DNA of 64,000 nucleotides. Source: Minisyncoccota bacterium (GTDB lineage Bacteria; Patescibacteriota; Minisyncoccia; Phycocordibacterales; SW-6-46-9). Location of the stretch: positions 365 to 64,364 of the forward strand of contig JBBDUG010000033.1 of NCBI GenBank assembly GCA_040904025.1. Reading direction: 5' to 3'. This document shows, piece after piece, positions 19,481 to 32,074 of this stretch (its first letter is position 1; every line of letters starts with the position of its first letter). Under the pieces are notes generated by a model. It did not search any database. It was not told where the DNA came from and saw only the letters and a list, made by a program, of their open reading frames with translations. Position numbers and translations under genes: made by a program.

Positions 19481-22342
19481 TTACTTTGTTACAAAGTTCA
19501 CAAGACGATCAGGAACAACGATCACTTTTTCAACTTCTCTCCCCTCTAGACGCTGCTGAACTTCCTCTTCGGTGTGTGCTTTTTCTTTTAATTCATCCCT
19601 TGTGAGTCCAGAAGAAATAGAGAAGGAATGTCGAACCTTACCGTCTATTTGAACAACTATTGTAACTTCCTTTTCTTCTAAAAGATGTTGGTCATATTCT
19701 GGCCATGCTTCAAGATGAATTGATCCGTCTCCATCATATGTATGCCACAGCTCTTCTGTGAGATGAGAAGCGAAGGGTGCCAATACACGCAAGAAGGTTT
19801 TTATCTGATCTCTACCTATTTTCTTTTCTTCTTCCACAGCCTTCACAAAGATCATCATTTGAGACACAGCGGTATTAAACTTGAAGGCGATAATATCATT
19901 CCCAACTTTCTTTATCGTTGTGTGTAATTCGATATCAAGAGCTTGATTATCTTCATCCTGAATATAATCAGATAGACCCCAAACCCGCTCAAGGAAACGT
20001 CGCGCCCCCACCATATTATCTGTACTCCAGGCGATAGTGTTTTCAAATGGTCCCATAAACATCTCATATACACGAAGAGTGTCAGCGCCCACTTGTTCCA
20101 CAATATCGTCTGGATTAACAACGTTGCCAAAACGCTTACTCATTTTTCGTCCATCTGCTGCCTGTATCAACCCCACTGAATGAAGTTCTGTAAATGGCTC
20201 GTTTGTACTCACAACACCAATGTCGTACAAAAACTTGTGCCAAAATCGTGCATAGATCAAGTGACGCGTAGCGTGCTCTGCTCCACCGACATATACATCC
20301 ACAGGAGACCAATACTGCTCTTTTGAGGGATCGACAAACTCTGATTCATTACGCGGATCCATATATCGCAGATAATACCAACACGATCCTGCCCACTGAG
20401 GCATAGTATTTGTCTCTCGCTTCCCTTCTCCTCCACATTCCGGACACGTTGTATTCACCCACTCTTTTATATCTGCAAGTGGTGATTCTCCGGTACCTGT
20501 CGGTTCGTACGCTTCTACCTCGGGTAAGGTGACAGGAAGTTCATTCTCCGGTACTGGAACGACCCCACACTCTTCACAATGTATGAGAGGAATAGGTTCT
20601 CCCCAGTATCGCTGCCGAGAAAAAACCCAATCCTGAAGACGATAATTTACATTCTTCTTTCCATATTTTTCTGTAATCTTTTCTGCCGCTTCATCACTTT
20701 TAAGATTAGAGAAGTCCTCAGAGTCTACAAGTCTCCCCTTTTCGGTAACGATCTCCTTACCTAGATACATCCTTAGAATATGCTGCTCATCGATAAATTC
20801 ATCGTCTTCTGCGGTAAGTCTTAAAGCATCCTCAGGAGAATGCCATTCGTATTCAAAGGAAACTTCGTATTCTTCCGGGCTGGGCTCACATTCTTCACAA
20901 TCCTCAAACCACAATTCAAATGCCTTTTTATGTCGTATAAAATCATCCCGAGATGAGTCTTTTGGATTCAATGAACCACTGTGATATGAATATGTATTAG
21001 CTACTTCCGCACCAGCAGAAGCAAATCTATATCCCACCTCTTCTTCTATTTCTCGAATCAGTCCTTCTTCCCATGTCTCACCCTCATCAAGAGTACCTCC
21101 GGGAAGCCGATAGGTCGATGTCCTACTTAAATGTGCAATCTGTAGAAGAATCTTGTTATCTTTCTTTCTGCGAATAATACCATATGAACCACGTACAGGA
21201 ATCAGATCATCTTTATTTCCCGAAAACCACGGCATTTCATATTCCTTAGCAATAACCTGACGTATAGGAAGATTAAATTTCTGCGCAAATTCATGGTCGC
21301 GCTCATCATGAGCAGGTACTGCCATAATTGCACCCGTACCATATCCCCCCAACACATAATCAGCGACCCACACAGGGATCTCTTCGCCCGTAGCGGGATG
21401 AATTGCTTTGATACCAGTATCTACCCCAGTTTTCTCTTTTTCTTCGTTTGCGCGCTCTATTTCACTCTTTGAGAGAGATTTATCAACATACTCCTCTATA
21501 GCAGAATCAGCCTTCCACCCTTTATCAATCCATTCCCGTGCTTTTTCAGGAGAGACAACAAGAAAAGTTACGCCGAAGAATGTATCAGGTCGGGTGGTAA
21601 ATACCTCCACGTTATGCTGGCCATCGATCCCCTTGAGTTCAAATACAAAAGAGGTTCCCTCTTTCTTCCCTATCCAATTCCGTTGCATTTCCTTTATATT
21701 ATCCGGCCATTTAGGAAGCTCTTTCAGGTCCTCAAGAAGTCTGTCCGCATAGTCAGTGATACGCAACATCCACTGACGTATAGGGCGTTTTTCGATCTCG
21801 CTTCCACATCTCTCACACACACCCCCTTCAAGATCCTCATTAGCGAGCCCTGTCCTACAGGAGGGACACCAATTAATCGGTGCATGAGATTCATATGCAA
21901 GCCCTTTTTTAAATAACTGAAGAAAAATCCACTGCGTCCATTTATAATATTCGGGGTCTGTTGTATTAATTTCTCGGTCCCAATCATAATCAAATCCAAT
22001 GTTCTCAAGCTGTTCTTTGTATCGTGCAATATTTTTTTCTACCGCCTTTCGCGGATGAACTTGATTTTTAATAGCATAATTTTCTGCCGGCAAGCCAAAT
22101 GCATCCCACCCCATAGGGTGAAGCACCTGGTGTCCTTTCATACGCATGTGACGCGAATACACATCAGTCGCTATGTACCCTTTCGGATGTCCGACATGAA
22201 GCCCCTTTCCAGATGGATATGGAAACATATCGAGAATATAACTTTTGGGTTTATCTGAATCTTCTTCTGATTTATAGATATCTTCTTTTGCCCAAAATTC
22301 TCGCCACTTCTTCTCTATTTTTTTGTGATCATACTCTGCCAT
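19481..22342 (-). CDS. leuS: Leucine--tRNA ligase with an inserted Nudix domain
   Basis: MFPYPSG.GLHVGH, GWDAFGLPAEN, GTGAIMAVPAHDERD, KMSKR. Nudix box GGTLDEGETWEEGLIREIEEEVGY. Confidence 0.97.
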   Translation of the reverse strand: MAEYDHKKIEKKWREFWAKEDIYKSEEDSDKPKSYILDMFPYPSGKGLHVGHPKGYIATDVYSRHMRMKGHQVLHPMGWDAFGLPAENYAIKNQVHPRKAVEKNIARYKEQLENIGFDYDWDREINTTDPEYYKWTQWIFLQLFKKGLAYESHAPINWCPSCRTGLANEDLEGGVCERCGSEIEKRPIRQWMLRITDYADRLLEDLKELPKWPDNIKEMQRNWIGKKEGTSFVFELKGIDGQHNVEVFTTRPDTFFGVTFLVVSPEKAREWIDKGWKADSAIEEYVDKSLSKSEIERANEEKEKTGVDTGIKAIHPATGEEIPVWVADYVLGGYGTGAIMAVPAHDERDHEFAQKFNLPIRQVIAKEYEMPWFSGNKDDLIPVRGSYGIIRRKKDNKILLQIAHLSRTSTYRLPGGTLDEGETWEEGLIREIEEEVGYRFASAGAEVANTYSYHSGSLNPKDSSRDDFIRHKKAFELWFEDCEECEPSPEEYEVSFEYEWHSPEDALRLTAEDDEFIDEQHILRMYLGKEIVTEKGRLVDSEDFSNLKSDEAAEKITEKYGKKNVNYRLQDWVFSRQRYWGEPIPLIHCEECGVVPVPENELPVTLPEVEAYEPTGTGESPLADIKEWVNTTCPECGGEGKRETNTMPQWAGSCWYYLRYMDPRNESEFVDPSKEQYWSPVDVYVGGAEHATRHLIYARFWHKFLYDIGVVSTNEPFTELHSVGLIQAADGRKMSKRFGNVVNPDDIVEQVGADTLRVYEMFMGPFENTIAWSTDNMVGARRFLERVWGLSDYIQDEDNQALDIELHTTIKKVGNDIIAFKFNTAVSQMMIFVKAVEEEKKIGRDQIKTFLRVLAPFASHLTEELWHTYDGDGSIHLEAWPEYDQHLLEEKEVTIVVQIDGKVRHSFSISSGLTRDELKEKAHTEEEVQQRLEGREVEKVIVVPDRLVNFVTK

Positions 22343-22444
22343 GTCTCTCCATCCTATGGGATTTTTGAATAAGGTTCAATACGAAAAAGAATATGATAGG
22401 ATACAAACAGCCCGTCGATGCGTTCCATTAGCTTCAAAAAGGTC

Positions 22445-22638
22445 ATGGGGTAGCACTTCACATATTCGCCACCATTTCTCTCGTTATCTCCATCCGCTAT
22501 ACCATTCTGTTCCAAAGGGTATCTAGTGGGAGATACACAAGCTCTGTTGCAACACATGCACAGGCTCTCTCACTCTTCTGGTGGATATTAACTACAGCCC
22601 TCTTCTTGGGTGTTTTTGCGCACCACCTCACCACATAA
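22445..22638 (+). pseudogene. Possible frameshifted small two-TM membrane protein
   Basis: ATG GGG TAG, but the -1 frame is open for 62 codons with two hydrophobic segments and is followed directly by a terminator. Confidence 0.35.
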
Positions 22639-22659
22639 CGGCTTCGGCCGTTTTTTTTT
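22637..22659 (+). terminator. Intrinsic terminator with UUCG tetraloop
   Basis: AACGGC-TTCG-GCCGTT followed by a T-run. Confidence 0.8.
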
Positions 22660-23185
22660 AATCGGAGAATTTTCGTATTCCAACAAATATCAATATAGCA
22701 AGTGCAATTGCAAGAATGAGGAGACGAATAATATCATCCGCTGAACCCCAATAGCGCATTGAAGCAATCACAAGTGAAAGTGCTCCACCGTATGAGAGTC
22801 CGAGAGAAACGACAGCGGGGATGGAGAGGAGTATCCCAAGAAGAAGTGACGCAACACCAAGCAGAAGAAGAGCTATGAAGGCATTACGACTGTGGACATC
22901 CCGTGCATCCTCATATGCCTCGCGACAATAAAAACTGGTATCGCAGTATCCGGACCTCTCTCCTTCAAGTACAACAGGGCGTGGATACTCTCCTGAGGCA
23001 GTCCACTTTCCACCCTCGTCAGTACACATTTCCTCAGTTGAAATATCTTTTGTTGGCATTTCATTACAAAAATCTCCCCATTCTGGTGAAGGATAGAATA
23101 CAGAGAGTCCATAATTAAAGAAGAGATTGAGTACAATTATAATACCTCCTGCAAGTGCCCATTTTAATAGTTTTTTCTCATTCAT
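22658..23185 (-). CDS. Hypothetical membrane protein with a Cys-containing extracellular loop
   Basis: 1+3 TM helices and a loop with four Cys (C..C...GGKW..YCD..FYC). Confidence 0.8.
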   Translation of the reverse strand: MNEKKLLKWALAGGIIIVLNLFFNYGLSVFYPSPEWGDFCNEMPTKDISTEEMCTDEGGKWTASGEYPRPVVLEGERSGYCDTSFYCREAYEDARDVHSRNAFIALLLLGVASLLLGILLSIPAVVSLGLSYGGALSLVIASMRYWGSADDIIRLLILAIALAILIFVGIRKFSD

Positions 23186-23187
23186 AT

Positions 23188-24288
23188 TTATATCTTAAAT
23201 TCTATCACGTCTCCATCGATAACAATATACTCTTTTCCCTCTGTTCGTATCCACCCTTTATCACGCGCCGTGGCGCGTGACCCTGCTTCAAGTAATTTTT
23301 CCCACGAGATAACATCGGCACGTATAAATTTATCTTGAAAATCAGAATGAATTGCAACTCCCGCCTCAGGAGCGCTAGAATCCCGTTCTATTGTCCATGC
23401 ACGACTTTCTTTCTCTCCAGTCGTGAAGAATGTTATAAGTCCTAAGAGATCGTAGGCTGCAACAATTAGATGATTGATACCACCATCCCCCTCAAGCCCA
23501 GCATCTTCTCGAAAGGTTTGTTTTTCCTCATGAGACATCTCGCGTATCTCCCCTTCAAAGCCGGCATCAACTACAACAAAGGAACCTTCTGTCTCATCAA
23601 AATATGACATGAGTTTCTCCCACCGCTCGTCTTTTATTTCATCTAAGTTCCGTGCCCCCACTTTCTTGTTCAATACATATAACACCCGCTTTGCGGTGAG
23701 AAGATGGAGGTTTCCAACAATCTCTTCTTCATCTTCCGTGAGATTCATATTCGATACAAGTTTTTCATCTTCAAGCCATTCTTCTACTGATTGCAATACA
23801 TCATCTTCTCGAACCGCACCCTTATCACCACGCTTAAGATCTTTCTCAAGTCCCACGCGATATTTCTTTACCGTCGCAAGATCAGCAAATATGAGTTCAA
23901 GGTTAATTATCTCAATATCATGTAATGGATCGATACGACCATCTACATGTGCAATATCATCATCTTCAAAAATACGTGTAACATGCGCAATGGCATCAAC
24001 TTCGCGAATATTTGAAAGAAATTTATTTCCCAACCCCTCTCCTTCAGCCGCCCCTTTTACAAGTCCGGCAATATCAACAAACTCAACAACAGCAGGAATG
24101 GTTTCTGCTGAACTTGAGAGCTGCGAGAGTTTTCCGAGTCGATCATCGGGAACGGGAACAATCCCCACTGACGGATCGATCGTACAGAAGGGATAGTTTT
24201 CCGCGGATACTGATTTGTTGGTAAGGGCGTTAAAGAGTGTAGATTTACCAACATTTGGTAATCCTACAATGCCGACTGATATATTCAT
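23188..24288 (-). CDS. ychF: Redox-regulated ATPase YchF
   Basis: GIVGLPNVGKSTLFNALT, NYPFCTIDP, DIAGLV, EGKEYIV.DGD. Confidence 0.97.
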   Translation of the reverse strand: MNISVGIVGLPNVGKSTLFNALTNKSVSAENYPFCTIDPSVGIVPVPDDRLGKLSQLSSSAETIPAVVEFVDIAGLVKGAAEGEGLGNKFLSNIREVDAIAHVTRIFEDDDIAHVDGRIDPLHDIEIINLELIFADLATVKKYRVGLEKDLKRGDKGAVREDDVLQSVEEWLEDEKLVSNMNLTEDEEEIVGNLHLLTAKRVLYVLNKKVGARNLDEIKDERWEKLMSYFDETEGSFVVVDAGFEGEIREMSHEEKQTFREDAGLEGDGGINHLIVAAYDLLGLITFFTTGEKESRAWTIERDSSAPEAGVAIHSDFQDKFIRADVISWEKLLEAGSRATARDKGWIRTEGKEYIVIDGDVIEFKI

Positions 24289-24293
24289 ATAAT

Positions 24294-24539
24294 CTATTCT
24301 TGAGCAAGCTTCTGTAACTCTGCCTGATATTTCCGCATTACCTCCATCGTAGCTGCCATTTCACCTTTGCCGTCTTTTTGTTTCGCCTTTATCTCCTTTT
24401 GGATTTTTTCAAAAAGCTCAGGGTTCTTCTCCATCATCCCAAGAATCATATCCTTTTGGGATTGAGGTACTCCCTTTTTGTCCATCATTTTCTTCAGAGC
24501 AAATCCCTGTGCTTTTCGTTTGAATTTCTTGAATACCAT
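24294..24539 (-). CDS. Small Met/Lys-rich helical hypothetical protein
   Basis: Co-oriented with ychF, 5 bp gap. TGGTAGAGT -10 element just upstream. Confidence 0.7.
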   Translation of the reverse strand: MVFKKFKRKAQGFALKKMMDKKGVPQSQKDMILGMMEKNPELFEKIQKEIKAKQKDGKGEMAATMEVMRKYQAELQKLAQE

Positions 24540-24592
24540 ACGCACAACACTCTACCACATCTAGACAAAGAAAAAACACCCTCGAGGGGTGC

Positions 24593-25141
24593 TTATAAAG
24601 AATAGTAGACAAATTTCTCTGACTTGGTGTCATACTGGAACTCAGATGTAACCTTTTTCCTTTTTCCATTTCTCAGGATCTCCTGTGTCCTGATTTGGAT
24701 ACATCCCCTTGCAAGAGCTAGAAATCGAATCTGCCAACCACGCTCGCCACAATCTTCGAATCCAAATCCAAACACAAGCTCAACGTGCTCGGGATGTTCA
24801 TAGAATAGGTTTCGAACTCGTCGTTCGAGTGCTTGCTTCTTTCCTTCCACAAGCTTTTTAACCCTCTCGTTAGAGAAAGTTCCTCGTGAGAGGATGAGTA
24901 TTTTCTCCTGGCTTATCTTCTCTAATGATGAAGATCCATCACAGATACGAGAGCCCGAAGCTATCCACACCCTTGAGATTGTAGCCTGAAAGTGGCTAGG
25001 GGCATTAAAGCAGCGAGCAATTGTCTTCTGCTTTGACCCCGGACTCTCTTGGTAGAGGGGGAAATGCCCCTTTTTGACTAAAATGTTATCTTCTGTGTTT
25101 GTGGGAGAAACAAACCAAGCTTGGTACAGCTGATTGTCCAT
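24593..25141 (-). CDS. Hypothetical protein
   Basis: 182-codon ORF with a GGAGG Shine-Dalgarno and a small hairpin plus T-run downstream (about 24571-24592). Confidence 0.6.
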   Translation of the reverse strand: MDNQLYQAWFVSPTNTEDNILVKKGHFPLYQESPGSKQKTIARCFNAPSHFQATISRVWIASGSRICDGSSSLEKISQEKILILSRGTFSNERVKKLVEGKKQALERRVRNLFYEHPEHVELVFGFGFEDCGERGWQIRFLALARGCIQIRTQEILRNGKRKKVTSEFQYDTKSEKFVYYSL

Positions 25142-25205
25142 ACGTCCTCCAATTGCTTTCTACTGTTGAATAACTAAGGCCACAAAAACCCTACCATGTA
25201 CAGCA

Positions 25206-27287
<2,082 letters not shown>

Positions 27288-27439
27288 CTACAGTATAGCA
27301 AAGAAATACCCATTTATTAAGCGAAAATCGTACTTTTTCATGGGGATAAAAATGGTCAATTTCTTGACTCTATATAGTATCTCCTTCTAGTATAGGAGGT
27401 GGACACAGCTTCATCATCTTAAATAGAGACTCGAGTACT

Positions 27440-27769
27440 ATGGAGACAGCTACAGACAGTTCTTTAGGGAGAAGGGTATTTATCGGAACACCAGGATTCA
27501 TCACCCCAATTCTTGCGGCGAAATTCCTGCCGACAGTAGAGGTTGCACTCGCATCAATCTTGGTCATTTGGATTGGAGGTACTCTCCTCTGCGTCTTCTA
27601 CAACGGGATGGCGGGGGAGTCGACCTTTTTCTCTGAATACAACATCAAAGAAAAGAGTGTATTTCACAAGCCTCTAAGACCGGATATTAAGACTGTTATC
27701 TTGAGTCTTTTTATCGGGACATGCTTTGCCCTCCCCACAACCATCTTATTCTTCCCGGGATCATACTAA
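27440..27769 (+). CDS. Hypothetical small membrane protein
   Basis: Hydrophobic ORF between a TTGACT-N18-TAGTAT promoter (27364-27393) and a hairpin terminator. Confidence 0.55.
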   Translation: METATDSSLGRRVFIGTPGFITPILAAKFLPTVEVALASILVIWIGGTLLCVFYNGMAGESTFFSEYNIKEKSVFHKPLRPDIKTVILSLFIGTCFALPTTILFFPGSY

Positions 27770-27787
27770 TCTTTCTGACTAATATAC

Positions 27788-27812
27788 GGTACACCGAAAG
27801 GTGTACCTTTTT
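27788..27812 (+). terminator. Intrinsic terminator with GAAA tetraloop
   Basis: GGTACACC-GAAA-GGTGTACC-TTTTT. Confidence 0.8.
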
Positions 27813-29681
27813 CTATCGTGTCTCCCATCCCTCTTTCTCCTCAAGAGAACCATAGACATCATCCATGATGTCATTCACCTCTTCATCAGAGAGTGTCTTC
27901 TCAGGAGATTGAAAGACAAGATTGAATGCATATGATATTCGTCCGTCTTTTTCATATTCATCAAAGCGGGACAAGCGAACAAGCATCTCTCCCGCCTTCT
28001 CTTCAATCACATCTCGAACCACTTCTTCATCAACATCTACAGGCACCCACACAGCAACGTCACGTAATACAAATGGATACGGTGAGATGGGGGTAAAGGA
28101 AAAAGATTCATCTTCGATTTCAGCAAGATCAGCGTCTTCAGGATCAGGGAGTGTCTCGAATATTTCTTCAAGATCAATCTCCCACACACCACCAGATATC
28201 TCACCATCAACATCAAATCCAGCTTCTTTCAACACAGTGACCGCCTGTTCAACAGGCTCATCATCTGATGCACCAATAGCAAGTGCCGGATACTCTCGAT
28301 CATTTTCAAACACTGTCCCTATCTCAAACATCTTTAAGGAGCCCTCTCCGAGAATTGGCTCCCATCGCATATTATCCTCAAGTGCCTCTCGTATCCCATC
28401 GGAAAGATTTGTACGTAAAAAACCCTTGTCACTAGCAATTTTATTTTTCACTTCAATTTCTCCTTCATTTCTGAAGGTATATAAATATACCTCACTGAAT
28501 CCCGCTTCAACTAAAATGTCTCGTATATGCTCTTTGTAGTAATGAGTCTTTGAAATATTACCTTCTTCTTTTGTTGGCACAACAGATTCAATACGATCAT
28601 ACCCATATATTCGACCAATTTCCTCCATCACATCAGCGGGAAGAGAGATGTCTGTACGCCAGAATGGGGCAGAGACAACAAATCCGTCTCCCATTGAGAG
28701 AACATTGAATTGCAAGCGGGTAAGGATATCTTCTACCTCTTCCTCGGAGATATCTGTCCCGAGAAGTGAGTTGACCTCCTCAATCGAGAAGGAGACAGAG
28801 ATCGGCTCTTGTGGAGAAGGGTACAAATCAACAACAGTGGAAGACTCTCCACCAGCGATATCTTTAACAAGACTACTAAGACGGCCCATAGCCGATGCAG
28901 CTAGAACTGCAGGGACATTATTCTCAAATCGTTTTGATGCATCGGTGCGTAAATTAAGTTTCTGGGATGCCCTACGAATAATGGTGGGGTTAAAACTGCA
29001 GGAAGAAAGGAGAACACGGGTTGTATTCTCATCTATCCCTGATGTTTCTCCCCCTTTTATTCCCGCAACATCAAGCGCCTTCTCATCATCGGCGATAACG
29101 GGGATGGAGGAATCGAGTGTATACTCCTTCTCATCGAGAAGTTTAATTGTCTCTCCATCCTTGGCAAAACGAATCTTAATCTCCTTTGCTCCCTCCCCCG
29201 CTACTTTGTCATAGTCAAAGGCATGCACTGGTTGCCCAGTCTCCAGCATGACAAAGTTGGTAATATCAACAATATTATTAATACTCCGCTGTCCAACAGA
29301 TGCCAACCGCTCGACAAGCCAATCAGGTGAAGCGCCCACAGTTATCCCCGAGATAACACACTTGAGTGCACGACGTGCAATACTTTCATCAACAGAAAGT
29401 GAGACAAGTTCATTATCACCACGTCCATCTACCTCATCTCCCTCTGGGAGAACCATCTTCACATCAACCAAAGTCGCAATCTCTCGTGCTATCCCAATAT
29501 GCGAAAGAGAGTCGGAAGCACGATTAGGAAGTATATCCAGATCAAATATGACATCATCACCCCTCTCTTCGATCCCTTCGACTTCGTATGAATGTCGATT
29601 CAACAAAGAAGCTAGCTCTTGAGGATCAGGTAAAGATTCAGAATCGAGATAGGTTGTAAGCCAATTAAGTGAAACGAGCAT
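27813..29681 (-). CDS. pheT: Phenylalanine--tRNA ligase beta subunit (lacks the B2 OB-fold domain)
   Basis: MLVSLNWL start, ILPNRASD, INNIVDITN, RTDI...ADVMEEIGRIYGY, C-terminal FDX-ACB domain. Confidence 0.95.
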   Translation of the reverse strand: MLVSLNWLTTYLDSESLPDPQELASLLNRHSYEVEGIEERGDDVIFDLDILPNRASDSLSHIGIAREIATLVDVKMVLPEGDEVDGRGDNELVSLSVDESIARRALKCVISGITVGASPDWLVERLASVGQRSINNIVDITNFVMLETGQPVHAFDYDKVAGEGAKEIKIRFAKDGETIKLLDEKEYTLDSSIPVIADDEKALDVAGIKGGETSGIDENTTRVLLSSCSFNPTIIRRASQKLNLRTDASKRFENNVPAVLAASAMGRLSSLVKDIAGGESSTVVDLYPSPQEPISVSFSIEEVNSLLGTDISEEEVEDILTRLQFNVLSMGDGFVVSAPFWRTDISLPADVMEEIGRIYGYDRIESVVPTKEEGNISKTHYYKEHIRDILVEAGFSEVYLYTFRNEGEIEVKNKIASDKGFLRTNLSDGIREALEDNMRWEPILGEGSLKMFEIGTVFENDREYPALAIGASDDEPVEQAVTVLKEAGFDVDGEISGGVWEIDLEEIFETLPDPEDADLAEIEDESFSFTPISPYPFVLRDVAVWVPVDVDEEVVRDVIEEKAGEMLVRLSRFDEYEKDGRISYAFNLVFQSPEKTLSDEEVNDIMDDVYGSLEEKEGWETR

Positions 29682-29682
29682 A

Positions 29683-30378
29683 TTAGAATTGATTATGAAA
29701 ACGAAGATCACCTCGGAAGAGAAGGCGGACATCATCAATACCGTATCGGAGCATTGTAAGTCGGTCGAGTCCCATACCAAATGCAAATCCCTGCCATTTT
29801 TTAGGATCAACACCAGCCGCCTCTAAGACATTCGGATGCACCATTCCTGCCCCGAGGATCTCTGTCCACTCAGATTCTCCTTTTGGACGCATGTCCACCT
29901 CCACCCCCGGCTCTACAAACGGAAAGTAGCTGGGACGTAATCGAACATCCATGTCTTTTCCAAAGAACTCATCAAAGAAATAATTAAGTGTTCCTTTCAG
30001 ATGCCCGAGAGTAACATCGGTTCCGATCATAAGCCCTTCAAGCTGATGGAACTGAACTTCATGAGTTGCATCAGTTGCCTCATATCGATATGTCCTACCA
30101 GGCGCAAGAATACGAAATGGAGGTTGAGCATCTTCCATGAAGCGAATCTGTACCGGCGAAGTGTGTGTGCGCAAAAGATCTCCCAGATTATTCTCTTCAA
30201 GCCAGAAGGTATCCCACAGATCTCGTGCCGGATGATCTTTGGGAACATTTAATGCATCAAAATTATAATGCTCTGTTTCGACTTCGGGACCTTCAGCCAC
30301 CTGAAAACCGAGCGAGCCGAGAATATCGACTGCTCGTCGTACAACGATTGTATTCGGATGATAGTGGCCGTTAGACAT
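29683..30378 (-). CDS. pheS: Phenylalanine--tRNA ligase alpha subunit (no N-terminal coiled coil)
   Basis: [40 protein letters not shown]. Confidence 0.97.
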   Translation of the reverse strand: MSNGHYHPNTIVVRRAVDILGSLGFQVAEGPEVETEHYNFDALNVPKDHPARDLWDTFWLEENNLGDLLRTHTSPVQIRFMEDAQPPFRILAPGRTYRYEATDATHEVQFHQLEGLMIGTDVTLGHLKGTLNYFFDEFFGKDMDVRLRPSYFPFVEPGVEVDMRPKGESEWTEILGAGMVHPNVLEAAGVDPKKWQGFAFGMGLDRLTMLRYGIDDVRLLFRGDLRFHNQF

Positions 30379-31507
30379 AGATTCTTTTTATAAGGGGGTT
30401 TATGCGTGTAATAGTCTCATACCAACTGGTATCGTCAAGTGATGCCATCTCATATGCCGTGATCTTCTCATCTCCCTGCTCTCCGATAAGTACAACCTCA
30501 TCTCCCATTGATGTCCCAGGGATATCGGTAACATCAACAGTAATAATATCCATTGAAACCCTTCCAACAACACGAGCTCTTTTACCTCTGATAAGTACAT
30601 GTCCAATTCCTGATAATTTTCGAGAAAATCCATGCCAATATCCAACCGGACAGATAGCAAGTGTCGCGTCATGAGAGAGAACCTCTGTACCATCATACCC
30701 CACCCGTGTTCCCACGGGAACGTTCTTCACCTCCCCCACGATCGTCTTCCAAGAGAGGGCGGGAGTCAGAGTCAAATCTTCCTCAAGATGTGCTTTTGCC
30801 TCTTGAGAAGGCCAGAGCCCATACATACCGATTCCTATACGCACAAGATCGAAATGAGACTCCGGAAATAAAAGTGCTCCTCCCGTTGCTGCTGTGTGGC
30901 AGAGTGGAGAAAAACCCCCATCTTCAAATGCATTTTTCCATTCGGTAAATCGTTCGATTTGAGTATTGGTGAAATGAGGTAGCACCGGATTTTTTGCTGC
31001 AGAGAAATGAGTGAATAATCCTTCAATATGTAACTCCCCTTTATGTTTCTTTAGAGTCTTTAATAATAGATCTCTGTCTTTCTCAAAAAACCCATGACGT
31101 GTCATTCCAGTATCAACTTTGATATGAATCTTGGGAGCTACTCCCCCCTTCTCCATCTCTTGTATTACAGCCTCAAGTAGATCAAAGGTTGAAACGGTAA
31201 TACTTATACCCTTTTCAGCTGCCTGGGAGATACGCTCCGGTAATGTATACCCAAGCACGAGAATAGGAATTGATATCCCTTCTTTTCGCAGAGCAAGTGC
31301 TTCAACGATAGAATCGACAATAAGCCAATCGATTCCACAATTAATAACCTCTTGGGAGAATTGTCGAAAATCATGACCGTATGCATTTGATTTTACAACC
31401 GCTCCTAAGGCTGTACCGGAGTCAATATGGGACCTAAAAATATTGAAATTATCCTGTATTGCTACCTTATCAACCTCTATCCATGTACGGAGTCCATCTG
31501 TCATCAT
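30371..31507 (-). CDS. alr: Alanine racemase
   Basis: [10 protein letters not shown] (PLP Lys), [15 protein letters not shown]. Confidence 0.95.
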   Translation of the reverse strand: MMTDGLRTWIEVDKVAIQDNFNIFRSHIDSGTALGAVVKSNAYGHDFRQFSQEVINCGIDWLIVDSIVEALALRKEGISIPILVLGYTLPERISQAAEKGISITVSTFDLLEAVIQEMEKGGVAPKIHIKVDTGMTRHGFFEKDRDLLLKTLKKHKGELHIEGLFTHFSAAKNPVLPHFTNTQIERFTEWKNAFEDGGFSPLCHTAATGGALLFPESHFDLVRIGIGMYGLWPSQEAKAHLEEDLTLTPALSWKTIVGEVKNVPVGTRVGYDGTEVLSHDATLAICPVGYWHGFSRKLSGIGHVLIRGKRARVVGRVSMDIITVDVTDIPGTSMGDEVVLIGEQGDEKITAYEMASLDDTSWYETITRINPLIKRIYV

Positions 31508-31591
31508 ACTAAGAATACTAGCGCACAAATACCTGCTTATCAAAAGAAAATCCGCACCTTTTCAGCACGGATTAGCTCTATTTTTCAGCTT

Positions 31592-31667
31592 TGGAGCCAC
31601 CTCGGAGACTCGAACTCCGGACCTATCCCTTACAAGGGGATTGCTCTACCAACTGAGCTAAGGTGGC
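31592..31667 (-). tRNA. tRNA-Thr(TGT), CCA encoded
   Basis: GCCACCTTAGCTCAGTTGGTAGAGCAATCCCCTTGTAAGGGATAGGTCCGGAGTTCGAGTCTCCGAGGTGGCTCCA. Confidence 0.97.
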
Positions 31668-31702
31668 AACGGAGACTAGTATACCGAATAGAGTATAAAA
31701 TG

Positions 31703-32071
31703 CTAGTCACTATACCGATCGTGCAATTTGCTTATATATTTTCGCACCTTACCCAAAAAGCGAAGAAGGGTAACGATTATGTCGTGAATAACACTAGCAA
31801 TGACTGTAATGGCAAACTTTGCACCACGGCGGAGTGTAGGGTGCTCGCGCAATTCTTGCACTTTTTGTGTAAGACTCTGTCCTCCGCGCTCCAAAAAGGA
31901 AGAGATCTGGGTTTGAATAAAGTTAACGCTTTCTTCAAGCCACTTATTCAACTTCTTTCTTATAACAACCAAAAAGCGAGGAAGTCCCCGCTTCTCTTCA
32001 AACAGACGAGTTCCGAGGAGAATAATAATTCCCGCAAGTGAAAATATGAAGATGTAAAACCATGCGGTCAT
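31703..32071 (-). CDS. Hypothetical membrane protein
   Basis: N-terminal TM and basic amphipathic helices. Directly follows tsf. Confidence 0.7.
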   Translation of the reverse strand: MTAWFYIFIFSLAGIIILLGTRLFEEKRGLPRFLVVIRKKLNKWLEESVNFIQTQISSFLERGGQSLTQKVQELREHPTLRRGAKFAITVIASVIHDIIVTLLRFLGKVRKYISKLHDRYSD

Positions 32072-32074
32072 GGA

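Noticed and set aside
20750-21250. Intein in LeuRS
   Set aside because: No Cys/Ser start, His-Asn end or LAGLIDADG motif; the insert is a Nudix fold.
22342-22640. T-box leader for leuS
   Set aside because: No T-box consensus was found, and the hairpin present is oriented to the + strand.
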